From Candidatus Iainarchaeum sp. (GTDB taxonomy: Archaea > Iainarchaeota > Iainarchaeia > Iainarchaeales > JAGVWC01), in the NCBI GenBank assembly GCA_018304465.1, contig JAGVWC010000010.1, positions 127,211 through 191,210 of the forward strand: DNA of 64,000 nucleotides, read 5' to 3'. Of this stretch, positions 1 through 9,084 are shown one piece after another. The number at the start of each line of letters is the position of its first letter. The first letter of the stretch is position 1. The notes under the pieces are model-generated. The model saw only the letters and a list, made by a program, of their open reading frames with translations. It was not told the DNA's origin and did no database searches. A program made the position numbers and the translations under genes.

Positions 1-1
1 T

Positions 2-1396
2 ATCCGCAAGCAACGTCTGGATATAATCGTCCAGTTTGTAAATGCTGATGGTTTGTTCGCGAATCAGTTTCGCGGATTTCGCGGCGCTGGCCTGGTCAAT
101 GTCCGAAAAACTGACGATTTTGTCAAACACGCTCGTGACGCGTTTGGACGGACAAATCGTGGGCAATACGTTTTTGACGATTTCCATCATGGTATCCTTG
201 GTGCGGTACAAGCGTTCGCGCATTTCCGAAAACATTCCCGTGACCGGATGATTCTGCAATCCGTGTTTTTTGTAATCGTCAATCACGTCGTCCATGATGC
301 TTTCGACCGACCGGTTCAAGGAAAGATACGTCGCGAACACCTGCAGTAAGTGCGGCAAATCCGCTTCGATATCGTGAATCCGCTGCCAGAGTTTCTTGTG
401 CGTGTTTACGTACATCCAAGAAATGATTCCGACTCCGATCGTGATTCCAAGCGTACTGGTCCAGATCTTGACGACGTTTTCAAACGAATACTCCTTGTTG
501 ATCACGAGGACTTGGGACAACGACAAAAAATGAAGAATCGTGGGAATCAAAAAAATTCCGACGATCACCACCGGAATCGCGTAAAAACTCGTGGGAATCC
601 GGCGGTAATCCGGGCTTCGGTCCAATTGAATCGCGCTGATCTGCACGCGGTTGGCCGCAAACTGCATCGCCATCATGAGCAGAATCGTCGGAAAAAAGAT
701 GTTGAAAATGAAAATAAGCATGGGCAACGTGATGAAATCCGGCATGAAAATCGAAATCATCGGGGTTAACATGAGCATCATGATCGGAAAAATGACGCCG
801 GCGCCGATCATGGTTTGCGTCTGGCTGGAGAGTTCTTCGGCGAACCGTTTTCCGCTTTGATGATACGCCACGATAATGGTTTCAATGACTTCCAGAATTA
901 TTTTTTCGCGTTCTTCCTTGGCGGAAAGCGTCGCGGTCTGAAGCAAACTCAAGCCTTTCACGAAATCGGGATTCACTTTTAACCAAATCGGAATGAAATC
1001 CTCGAATCCTTCTCCGATCGTCTTGTATTTTTTTCTTTGAATCCGCTCCAGCATTATTTCGAACTGGTCGTGCAACACGCCATGCAGATTCATGTTGGTT
1101 TGCTGGATCGCGTAATCGATCGACGTATCCAGCGAAATATAATTCGCGATTTCGAGGATTCCGACCAGCATTTCTTCCTTGTAATCGATGATGCGCTGGG
1201 CATAATACACGCTGGTAATGTACACGAATGCGGCCGCCATGATGACGACATCATAAAACAAAATCACCCAACCGATCAGCGGAATGCTGGAGAGCAAAAA
1301 CAGCATCAAGAAACCGAATAAACCGAATACCCCGCCAAAAATCAGGATTCCGGAAATGATGTCGCTGGAATTATACGGGCACGCGATCAATTCCAT
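2..1396 (-). CDS. Type IV pilus/archaellum assembly polytopic membrane protein (FlaJ/TadC-like), partial; runs off the window edge
   Basis: Not in the supplied ORF track, presumably because it has no in-window stop. Reverse-strand ATG at 1396 gives MELIACPYNSSDIISGILIFGGVFGLFGFLMLFLLSSIPLIGWVI..., and hand translation down to nt 2 has no stops (...EQTISIYKLDDYIQTLLAD). Multiple hydrophobic helices; sits directly downstream of the FlaI/TadA-like ATPase as in Tad/archaellum operons. Confidence 0.5.
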   Translation of the reverse strand, partial: MELIACPYNSSDIISGILIFGGVFGLFGFLMLFLLSSIPLIGWVILFYDVVIMAAAFVYITSVYYAQRIIDYKEEMLVGILEIANYISLDTSIDYAIQQTNMNLHGVLHDQFEIMLERIQRKKYKTIGEGFEDFIPIWLKVNPDFVKGLSLLQTATLSAKEEREKIILEVIETIIVAYHQSGKRFAEELSSQTQTMIGAGVIFPIMMLMLTPMISIFMPDFITLPMLIFIFNIFFPTILLMMAMQFAANRVQISAIQLDRSPDYRRIPTSFYAIPVVIVGIFLIPTILHFLSLSQVLVINKEYSFENVVKIWTSTLGITIGVGIISWMYVNTHKKLWQRIHDIEADLPHLLQVFATYLSLNRSVESIMDDVIDDYKKHGLQNHPVTGMFSEMRERLYRTKDTMMEIVKNVLPTICPSKRVTSVFDKIVSFSDIDQASAAKSAKLIREQTISIYKLDDYIQTLLAD

Positions 1397-1484
1397 TTTT
1401 TCGTCAATGGATTTTAATCTCGGGAAAAAATTATTCTGGCGGCCGAGTTTGTAAATGGCGTCAAACAACATGTCAATCCCGCCA

Positions 1485-3173
1485 TCAGCTCACTTTTAAC
1501 GCTTGCAGGTACTTTACGTACGCTTGCTTGAACTTTTCCTCGTTTTCCTTGTTTTCCAACGGATTCAATTCGTTGAACAACTGGGCAAACCCTATATTGC
1601 AGTGAACAATCGATTCGGATTCCAAAAAATTGCGTTCTTTTCCCAGTTCTTCGATGAGTTTTTTCTTGGACCACGCGCGTAGCTTCAAATCATCCATGAC
1701 GTTGTCATAATCACGATACCCTTTTGTGACTTCCAGAATATGCTTGATCAAAATGCTTTTTCCGCCCAGCAATTCCTTGGTGGGCTCCAATTGATCCGTT
1801 TTGGGGTTATACACCAATAAATCCTGGAAAACCGGTTCGGTTTCCCATTCCTTCAACACTTCCGTGACCTGCGTCACGCGCCGGACACGCTTTAACGTCG
1901 AAGGCGTCTTAATCTGCTTGACGATAATAATCAAATCCGTTGCTTTGAACGACCCGCGCGGAACATCCAAATCGTTCACGACACGATCATACACCCCATA
2001 TGGATTATCCGCGTGCACGGTTCCGGCAACGACATTGGACATCGCTCCGACCCGCATGGCTTCGTACAACACGGTTGCTTCTTTGGATCGGATTTCTCCG
2101 ACAATCAACACCGAGTCACCCAACCGCAAACTGGTCCGCAATCCTTTATCGTACGGAATTTCCATGCTTTCGGCCACCAACGCGGATTTTACTTTAAGCG
2201 AAACCAAATCGTAGCCCAGGCTTTGATAGGCTTCGATCGGCAATTCCTGCGTGTCTTCGATTGTAATGATCCGGTATTTGGGCAAAATCTCAAGCAACAG
2301 CGAACCCAGCAACGCGGTTTTTCCGCTTCCGCGCGGACCGGCAATCAAAAACGTGCGGCCATGCGTGATCGCAAGATCCATCAAACCCGCAAACCAATCG
2401 TTTAACGCGAGATTATCCATAAACAACGGCAACGTCCACGGTTTTTCGCGATGAACACGAATCGAATAACCGGTTCCAAAAATCGAAAACGGTTCGCGAA
2501 TCGCGGCGACACGGGCTTTTCGTTTCTCGACCTGGATTTCTCCGTCGAGCTGCGGCTGGCTTTTATTCAATGGCCGGCCGGTTTTGATTTTTAACGCGGT
2601 TGAAAGATAATTCAAAAAATCCTGAGTCGGATAAATGTTCGTAGTGCATTCGTCGAATTCCTCGTGAATGATCCGCATCGGCGTCTGGAATTCTGGCGGA
2701 TTGATGTTGATTTCCTGGATCGCGGGATCCGCAAGCAAATAATCCAAAATACCGAATTTCTTGATCCAGGTGTCGAGCATCTTGTTGGACAAGTCTTTTC
2801 CCTCGTACTTGTTGAACAATTCGAACAAATCCTCGAATTTCTGGTTCAAATCCGGAATCTCGATCTTGTACGTGGGTTGCACGGAATCCTTGGGTTTTAG
2901 GATCCGCACGGTCGCGTCCTTGATTTCGTATTTTTTCGCGAGTTTTCCAAATGCCGGCGCCAACACCACGTCGACGAAAAACGGAATGATCACGAATTCG
3001 TTGGTTTTACGGTAATGAATCTTGGTAAAGGTTTTGTTCTGGAACACGATCACATCGGTTTCGTCGGACAACGGAAACAACGGCGGAGAACTCGGACACT
3101 TGAATTTGCATTTCGGATGAGTAGAATCGCTAAAACCGTCACATCCGATACAATGAATGGTTTTGACTTCCAT
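1485..3173 (-). CDS. Type II/IV secretion system ATPase (FlaI/PilB/TadA/VirB11 family) with N-terminal Cys4 zinc-ribbon
   Basis: Walker A LIAGPRGSGKTALLGSLL, followed by an Asp/His-box-like region (IITIEDTQEL...). N-terminus HCIGCDG...KCKFKC suggests a zinc ribbon. 562 aa. Confidence 0.85.
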   Translation of the reverse strand: MEVKTIHCIGCDGFSDSTHPKCKFKCPSSPPLFPLSDETDVIVFQNKTFTKIHYRKTNEFVIIPFFVDVVLAPAFGKLAKKYEIKDATVRILKPKDSVQPTYKIEIPDLNQKFEDLFELFNKYEGKDLSNKMLDTWIKKFGILDYLLADPAIQEININPPEFQTPMRIIHEEFDECTTNIYPTQDFLNYLSTALKIKTGRPLNKSQPQLDGEIQVEKRKARVAAIREPFSIFGTGYSIRVHREKPWTLPLFMDNLALNDWFAGLMDLAITHGRTFLIAGPRGSGKTALLGSLLLEILPKYRIITIEDTQELPIEAYQSLGYDLVSLKVKSALVAESMEIPYDKGLRTSLRLGDSVLIVGEIRSKEATVLYEAMRVGAMSNVVAGTVHADNPYGVYDRVVNDLDVPRGSFKATDLIIIVKQIKTPSTLKRVRRVTQVTEVLKEWETEPVFQDLLVYNPKTDQLEPTKELLGGKSILIKHILEVTKGYRDYDNVMDDLKLRAWSKKKLIEELGKERNFLESESIVHCNIGFAQLFNELNPLENKENEEKFKQAYVKYLQALKVS

Positions 3174-3194
3174 TCCAACACCAATGCCTCAATC

Positions 3195-3866
3195 TCACGA
3201 TCTGCCGATCAAGCGATTGAAAAAATTCTTGATCTTGTCGCCGACGCCTTCTTTTTTCTTGGGCAACTCGGCATTCGGACCGTAGGGAGAAACAACTTGG
3301 GGTTGGTTAGGCACCGACATCCGCTCGAAACCCCTTCCCTTGGCGGCCTCATCTTCCTTGACTGTTCCGCGTAACTGCTGGACTTGGCTTTGGAACATCA
3401 ACGACGCGTTCGAATGCGAAATTTCTTCCAGCGTCTTGATGCGGGTCTCGAGATTCTTCATGATATCCACCATGTTCAAGAACACGTCCCGGGTTTTGTT
3501 GTTGTTGAAGGTTTCGAACATGGTTTCAATATTTTTCATCCGCTCGTTCATCAAGAGCATTTGCTTTAGGGACCCTTTTTCATCCAACTCTTTTTTCATG
3601 ACATCCTGGTCTTTTCGGATGTCTTTAAGCACGGTGCCGTAAATCTTGGTTTTCGAAACCTGAATCTTGAATTCGCGCTCTATGTTGTCGAGGCGCTCCA
3701 TCGTGTCCTCGGCTTCGCTCATCGGCAAGCCGACCGACACCACTTTTTCCAATCGATCCAGTTTTCCGCTGATCAAATTCAGTTGACCCTGCACATACCG
3801 GTCACGTTCCAGCATTTTTTCCGGTAATTTTTGTGGATTCCAAAGTTCGGAAATTTCCATTCCCAC
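3195..3866 (-). CDS. Hypothetical coiled-coil protein, first gene of the pilus/archaellum-like operon
   Basis: 223 aa rich in heptad-like E/K/L/M segments. Same strand as, and 22 nt upstream of, the secretion ATPase. Confidence 0.45.
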   Translation of the reverse strand: MGMEISELWNPQKLPEKMLERDRYVQGQLNLISGKLDRLEKVVSVGLPMSEAEDTMERLDNIEREFKIQVSKTKIYGTVLKDIRKDQDVMKKELDEKGSLKQMLLMNERMKNIETMFETFNNNKTRDVFLNMVDIMKNLETRIKTLEEISHSNASLMFQSQVQQLRGTVKEDEAAKGRGFERMSVPNQPQVVSPYGPNAELPKKKEGVGDKIKNFFNRLIGRS

Positions 3867-3951
3867 ACCCCATCATAAATGTATAAATGACACGCCGCCA
3901 ATATATAAACTTTCCTGGATGGCGTTCGCTCCGAGCAAGAGGAAAAGAAAA

Positions 3952-4554
3952 TCATTTTTTGAAAAAACCGGCTTTGCGGGCGTTTTCAACTTCGGTCATG
4001 ATCGCGTCCAACACCTGCACCGGCGAAAGCCGCGTGGTGTCCAAGACCACGTGAAACGGCGACAAATCGCCAAACTCAAAACCGTATAATTTCCGATAAA
4101 TTTCCCGGGTATTCGACTCTTTTTTTTGAACCGCCAACCGCACTTCTTTAACGGGTTTTTGATCCCGCTCCGCGATTCTTCCAAGACGCGTCGCGTCTTC
4201 CACGCCGAGCCACACCTTAAAGCCTTTTTTCGACAAATACGGCATGGTCCACGAATCCATCACCACATCGCCGTCGTCAATAATCGAAAGCAACAATTGA
4301 TCCAGTTTCCGATCCAAACCGCCTTGGGCCAAACGCGCCTGGTTGAATGTATCCGATTCTTTCGATTCCCAAAACCCTGTCTGCATTTTCGTTTTGTACA
4401 CGTCGATATCCGAAGCATTTTTTTGCTTTAACTGGCGCAACACATCCGACGTGTGCACCACCCGCAACGAAAGTTTTTCCGAAAGCAGGTCCACCAACGT
4501 CGATTTTCCGCTGCCTGCAAGCCCACACACCAAAATCACGATTTTTTCGGACAT
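3952..4554 (-). CDS. P-loop nucleoside-monophosphate kinase (archaeal cytidylate-kinase-like)
   Basis: N-terminal Walker A VCGLAGSGKSTL; ~200 aa, typical of archaeal Cmk/adenylate-kinase-like proteins. Confidence 0.5.
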   Translation of the reverse strand: MSEKIVILVCGLAGSGKSTLVDLLSEKLSLRVVHTSDVLRQLKQKNASDIDVYKTKMQTGFWESKESDTFNQARLAQGGLDRKLDQLLLSIIDDGDVVMDSWTMPYLSKKGFKVWLGVEDATRLGRIAERDQKPVKEVRLAVQKKESNTREIYRKLYGFEFGDLSPFHVVLDTTRLSPVQVLDAIMTEVENARKAGFFKK

Positions 4555-4619
4555 ACCAATACCACGAACAAAAAAAAATAAAAACGTTTCAATTCGAAAA
4601 AAAAGGAATATTCGCCGAT

Positions 4620-7460
4620 TCAGGGAACGTATTCGTACGCGCCGACGTCGGAAACGCTTCCGCGAGTGGAACCGGATTGATCGACCGGAAGAAGCGGGGA
4701 CGCGATCCGGTCCCGCAGGACGGATGTGCCAATCGGCCGGCCGAACGAATCGATTCCCGGATCTCCGATGAAATTCGGGATACCCGGAGTGATCGTCGGT
4801 CCCCCGCCGCTGGGAACGTTGTCCGTGAACGCATACGCGTTATTGGCCCATTTGTTGAAATCGAGGTGACCCAAATCGATCAAGGGCCCAAGGAACAGAT
4901 TTCCCATTCCGCTGGTGCGGCCCATCGGAAGGTTCCGGATCCAGATCAGGTCCGAATCGAAGGTATTGTTCCACCAAACGAGCTGGCTTGTCGGAATCGC
5001 CCAACTGAACAGATTGCCGTAGTTGTTTGGATTCATGTAGGATTTCCGAAAATAATTGTTCACGAACGCGGCGCCGGTGGACTGCGGGCAGGTCTCGAAG
5101 CCGTCGGTCCACATCACCTGGTACCGCGCGTTGGTGATCCGGTTGTTATAAACGATCACGTTGTCGCCGATGCTGCAGGGCGAACCGGATCCCGGACCCC
5201 ACCACTGGAGTCCGTCCGAATGATCCTCGGTCCAAAGCGTCGCGTTGATCGGCCCGTCGGACTGGTTCCACACCCGTCCACGGCCGTTCGAGCAGTCGTT
5301 GGGAAGAATCCGAATCGCGTCTTCGGATATTTTCCCGCCGACCTTGCAATTGTCCATGGACCAGGAACTTCCGGTGTAGACCCGATCGCGCGATGCCCAG
5401 TTGTAGTCGCGAAAAGCGCCTGTTTTCTCGATCACGAAATTGTGGTCGCTGGGATGACCATAAGCGGTATACGTGGCGTTGGTCAGGTCCGCTATGTTGG
5501 GATTCAAGTCATCGGCTTGCGAATTGATGATCAACGCGGTCTGCCGGAACGCGTCCGCTCCGATGCGATCGATTTTCACGTTGCGGGCCAATTTCGCCCC
5601 TGAAACCGCGTAGTCGACCGCAAAGAAAGTCGAGTTGGTGTAATACGCCGGATTAACCACCAGATAACCCGCTTGAACGAACCGCCCCGGCCCCACGAGG
5701 TTGGAATCATCCACCCACACCTGCGCATTGGGAACATGCGCCACATAAACCGCAAAGTCGTTCGTTCCGGTGCTCTTCAAGGTGAGTCCGGTGACTTTAA
5801 GCAACCGCACCTCGGGCGTCCCCCCGTTTCCGTGCGAAAGAATCGTGGTGTCTTTCGCTCCGCTGACAGCCGTCGTGACCGTCACCCACTCGTTTGTCAC
5901 CGGGATTTCCCCCGCGATTCCGCCCTTGGACATCGAGTGAATCCCTGGATTTAACCGCACGATTCCGCTGTCGGCATTGTTCCCGTTTCCTGCGGCCAGC
6001 CTCCACTTCCGGATCGAATCGATGGCTCTGCCGATGGTCTTGAACGGTTTCGCGGAATCGTTGACAGCGCCGGTCGAGTCGTTTCCGGCCAGATCCACCC
6101 AGGCCTGCGCCTGCGGCAGGGTTCCCTTCGGGTTCACGACAAAAATCAAGGCATCCAATCCGAGGTTTCCTCCCCCGGTGCTTTGATCCCGGATACCGCC
6201 GTCTTTTCCTACCACTTTCGCTTCCACGGAAATGACCCCGTCGGATGAAAATTCAGAAACGGAGAGCGAAACCCAATATTCCCACACGCCAGTCTGCGGA
6301 TTCAGCGTCATGGAGGTTGCGGTCTTGGTTCCGCCGGAATACCCCTGGCCGGAAACGGCGAATTCGACTTTTTGTATCCCGGGTATTGAGAACGCGACCA
6401 CGCCCAGATTCAACGTTTCGCCCGGATTGATCCGCTGAAAAGGCACCACGTCCCAGCGCGCGATCGGGACCAAGGCGGCCTGCATGCTACAGTTAGAAAT
6501 ATTGAAATCCTGGCAATTCGAACCGCAGGACAGAAGACCCGATACGAATCCTTCGGTTTGGCACGTTCGGGAATCAAGATCCCATCCGTCGCACTTTTCG
6601 CCCCCTTCCTTTACATTATCACCGCAGACCGGCATGGACAACGATGCGCACAAAGAAGCGTTGAAATCCGAACAATTCGACAAACAAGAAAGCGACCCGG
6701 ATTGGAATCCTCTCGATGCGCAGGTTTGATTGTTCAGATCGGAGCCGTCACATTTCTCATTTCCTTCACGAATGTTGTTTCCGCAAACCGGCGACGGATT
6801 CGAAACGCAACCGGACACGTTGAAATCGGCACAGCTTGAAACGCACGACAACGATCCTGACAAAAAGCCCTTGCTTTGGCAGGATTGCCCCGCAAGATCG
6901 CTTCCGTCGCAGGCTTCGGTCCCCTCCTTGCGGTTGTTTCCGCACACTGGATTCGGCGGGCAAGCGCCACAATCGCTTGGACAAGCGGAACAAGACTCGT
7001 TTCTGCTGCAGTTACGATCCCCGCAAAACGGGCGGGTCACGTTGCAATCGTCGGAACAAGACGCGATGGTTTCGCCGATTCGAGCATTGCAAAAACCATC
7101 CTTGATGCACGGTCCGGACTCGATTTTGCAATCCATCGGACAATTCGAAGCGTTTTCTTTCGGATCACATTTACCGTTGTTGTTACACATGGGCACGGGG
7201 CAGTCCTTTCGACAGGAATTGTAATTCTCCCCGATTTCTGCCTCGCATTCTCCGTTCTCGTTGCAGGCAAAACAATCCAGCAGGCAAGTGAAATAGTTCT
7301 CGCCGGTTTCGCATACCGTGTTCCCGCAGATCGGTTCGTCGGGATCAATAAAAGGCTCGCCGGAAAAAAACCAACCGGATCCCGCATAGATCAGTAAACC
7401 TAAAATCAAAATCCCGATCAGAATCGCTACGCCCGTCGAGAAACCAAGATTTCTGAGCAT
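4620..7460 (-). CDS. Large secreted/anchored surface protein: N-terminal TM/signal, three tandem ~50-aa cysteine-rich repeats, C-terminal right-handed beta-helix (pectate-lyase-like) domain
   Basis: N-terminal VAILIGILILGLLIY. Repeats PVCGNNRKEGTEACDGSDL..C..G..SGSLSC.S.C.DFN.S.C occur three times. C-terminal part has NNRITNA-type beta-helix rungs and is Gly/Asn/Thr rich. 946 aa. Confidence 0.75.
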   Translation of the reverse strand: MLRNLGFSTGVAILIGILILGLLIYAGSGWFFSGEPFIDPDEPICGNTVCETGENYFTCLLDCFACNENGECEAEIGENYNSCRKDCPVPMCNNNGKCDPKENASNCPMDCKIESGPCIKDGFCNARIGETIASCSDDCNVTRPFCGDRNCSRNESCSACPSDCGACPPNPVCGNNRKEGTEACDGSDLAGQSCQSKGFLSGSLSCVSSCADFNVSGCVSNPSPVCGNNIREGNEKCDGSDLNNQTCASRGFQSGSLSCLSNCSDFNASLCASLSMPVCGDNVKEGGEKCDGWDLDSRTCQTEGFVSGLLSCGSNCQDFNISNCSMQAALVPIARWDVVPFQRINPGETLNLGVVAFSIPGIQKVEFAVSGQGYSGGTKTATSMTLNPQTGVWEYWVSLSVSEFSSDGVISVEAKVVGKDGGIRDQSTGGGNLGLDALIFVVNPKGTLPQAQAWVDLAGNDSTGAVNDSAKPFKTIGRAIDSIRKWRLAAGNGNNADSGIVRLNPGIHSMSKGGIAGEIPVTNEWVTVTTAVSGAKDTTILSHGNGGTPEVRLLKVTGLTLKSTGTNDFAVYVAHVPNAQVWVDDSNLVGPGRFVQAGYLVVNPAYYTNSTFFAVDYAVSGAKLARNVKIDRIGADAFRQTALIINSQADDLNPNIADLTNATYTAYGHPSDHNFVIEKTGAFRDYNWASRDRVYTGSSWSMDNCKVGGKISEDAIRILPNDCSNGRGRVWNQSDGPINATLWTEDHSDGLQWWGPGSGSPCSIGDNVIVYNNRITNARYQVMWTDGFETCPQSTGAAFVNNYFRKSYMNPNNYGNLFSWAIPTSQLVWWNNTFDSDLIWIRNLPMGRTSGMGNLFLGPLIDLGHLDFNKWANNAYAFTDNVPSGGGPTITPGIPNFIGDPGIDSFGRPIGTSVLRDRIASPLLPVDQSGSTRGSVSDVGAYEYVP

Positions 7461-7511
7461 ACCCAGATTAAGAAATCGGAATTAAAAAGGCTTTCTTCGA
7501 CAGAAAGACAT

Positions 7512-8297
7512 TCATGCCACGCGCACGAGTTTGCCGGTTTTTTTGGCCTGGTGAAAACCCCACATGGTTACCGCATACCCGATTCCAAACCAAACCACCG
7601 ACAACACCAACAACGCGACCCAATCCACGGAACCCATTCCCACCGTGGACTTCAAGAGATTAAACGCATGCGTGCTTGGAAGCAACAACGCAACCGCTTG
7701 CACGGGACCCGGCAGCACCGACACGGGATAATACGCGCCTGAAATCAACACGAACACGTCCGCCATCGAAAACGAAAGCGGAAACGCCTCCGACTGAAAC
7801 AAAAACAACAATCCCAACGTGATCATACCCAGCGACAAACCGAAAACAAACAAAGCCAACGCCGCGATCAGGAAAATTCCAATATCCGGAACCACGAACC
7901 CGTACAAAAAAAACGTGAGGACATAATACATCAAAAACACGATCACGAATTTGAGAAACCCCGAAACCGCGGCGCCTGCCACCATTTCAATCGGACGAAT
8001 CGGCGTAATGAACAAATGCGTCAACGAATTCGACCAGAATTCTTCCTGATAATTATTCGCGACTTCGAATTGGGCATGATACACGGCCCGCCAACCCATG
8101 ACCCCCAAAACGACCAAGGTAACGAGACGCGGATCGTTTCCCACAAACGAAACGAACAACGTCAAGGAAAACAACAAAATCAACGGCCACACCGTCACGT
8201 CAAACCAACGAAACGGATTCTTGAACAACAGTTTTCCGCCTTTGTACAACTGGCTGTACGCCCGCAACAAACCGCTATTCATCTTCTTCCTCTTCAA
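7512..8297 (-). CDS. ABC-2 family transporter permease
   Basis: 261 aa, six predicted TM helices; overlaps the upstream ABC ATPase gene by 23 nt (operon). Confidence 0.7.
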   Translation of the reverse strand: MKRKKMNSGLLRAYSQLYKGGKLLFKNPFRWFDVTVWPLILLFSLTLFVSFVGNDPRLVTLVVLGVMGWRAVYHAQFEVANNYQEEFWSNSLTHLFITPIRPIEMVAGAAVSGFLKFVIVFLMYYVLTFFLYGFVVPDIGIFLIAALALFVFGLSLGMITLGLLFLFQSEAFPLSFSMADVFVLISGAYYPVSVLPGPVQAVALLLPSTHAFNLLKSTVGMGSVDWVALLVLSVVWFGIGYAVTMWGFHQAKKTGKLVRVA

Positions 8298-9033
8298 GAT
8301 TTTTTTTCGTGAGTTTCAAAAACGTGTCTTCCAAAGACGCATGCGGTTTTCCGGCCATTTTTTTCAATTCCGAAACCGAACCCAGTGCCACGATTTTTCC
8401 GTCCGAAATCAATGCGATGCGATCGCATAACTGCTCGGCTTCCGCCATGTAATGTGTCGTCAGCAACACGGTAATGCCCTGGGATTTAAGCGAACTGACC
8501 AATTCGCGAATTCGAATCGCGGTTTCAACATCCAAACCCACCGTGGGCTCGTCCATCAGCAAGAGCTTGGGCTTGGACAACAAGGCTTTCGCGATGTAAA
8601 ACCGCTGGCGATAACCGCTCGAAAGCGTGTACGCCATTTGTTTTCTTTTTTCGACAAGATTCGTGACCAACAACGCTTCTTCGATCGCTTTTTCCCGGTC
8701 CTTGATCGGATACAAAAAACTGTAATAACGCAACAAGTCTTCGACCGTCAACCCATGCAGCAAACCCGCAAACCCCGTCACCAAATTCATTTGCGGAATC
8801 ACTTCGCTTCGCTGGGTTTGCACGTTTTTTCCAAACACCTCAACCGAGCCCGAATCCAATTCCAGCAAACCGCATAACGCCGAAATCAACGTGGTTTTTC
8901 CCGCGCCGTTTGGACCCAGCAAACCGAAAATTTCTCCCGATCGAATATCCAAGGAAACGTTTTCTAACGCGCGAATGACCCGGCCATGGTCCGAAAAAGA
9001 CTTGTTTGCGTTTGAAACCAAAACCGCGTTCAT
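8275..9033 (-). CDS. ABC transporter ATP-binding protein
   Basis: Walker A GLLGPNGAGKTTL, signature LSSGYRQR, Walker B LLLMDEPTVGLD. Confidence 0.9.
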   Translation of the reverse strand: MNAVLVSNANKSFSDHGRVIRALENVSLDIRSGEIFGLLGPNGAGKTTLISALCGLLELDSGSVEVFGKNVQTQRSEVIPQMNLVTGFAGLLHGLTVEDLLRYYSFLYPIKDREKAIEEALLVTNLVEKRKQMAYTLSSGYRQRFYIAKALLSKPKLLLMDEPTVGLDVETAIRIRELVSSLKSQGITVLLTTHYMAEAEQLCDRIALISDGKIVALGSVSELKKMAGKPHASLEDTFLKLTKKNLEEEEDE

Positions 9034-9084
9034 GAAAACAAAAAAGCCTCGAACAATTTAAAATAAGAACAAAAAAAAGGGATT

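Noticed and set aside
350-1321. + strand ORFs 350..769, 651..860, 1037..1321
   Set aside because: All lie antisense to a continuous minus-strand membrane-protein reading frame (FlaJ/TadC-like) that runs to the window edge. Their translations are His/Arg/Asn-rich low-complexity.
4347-5603. 418-aa ORF on the + strand
   Set aside because: Entirely antisense to the well-supported 946-aa Cys-rich/beta-helix gene. Its composition is Arg/Pro/Gly-rich and low-complexity, typical of a reverse-frame artefact in GC-rich Cys/Gly-coding DNA.
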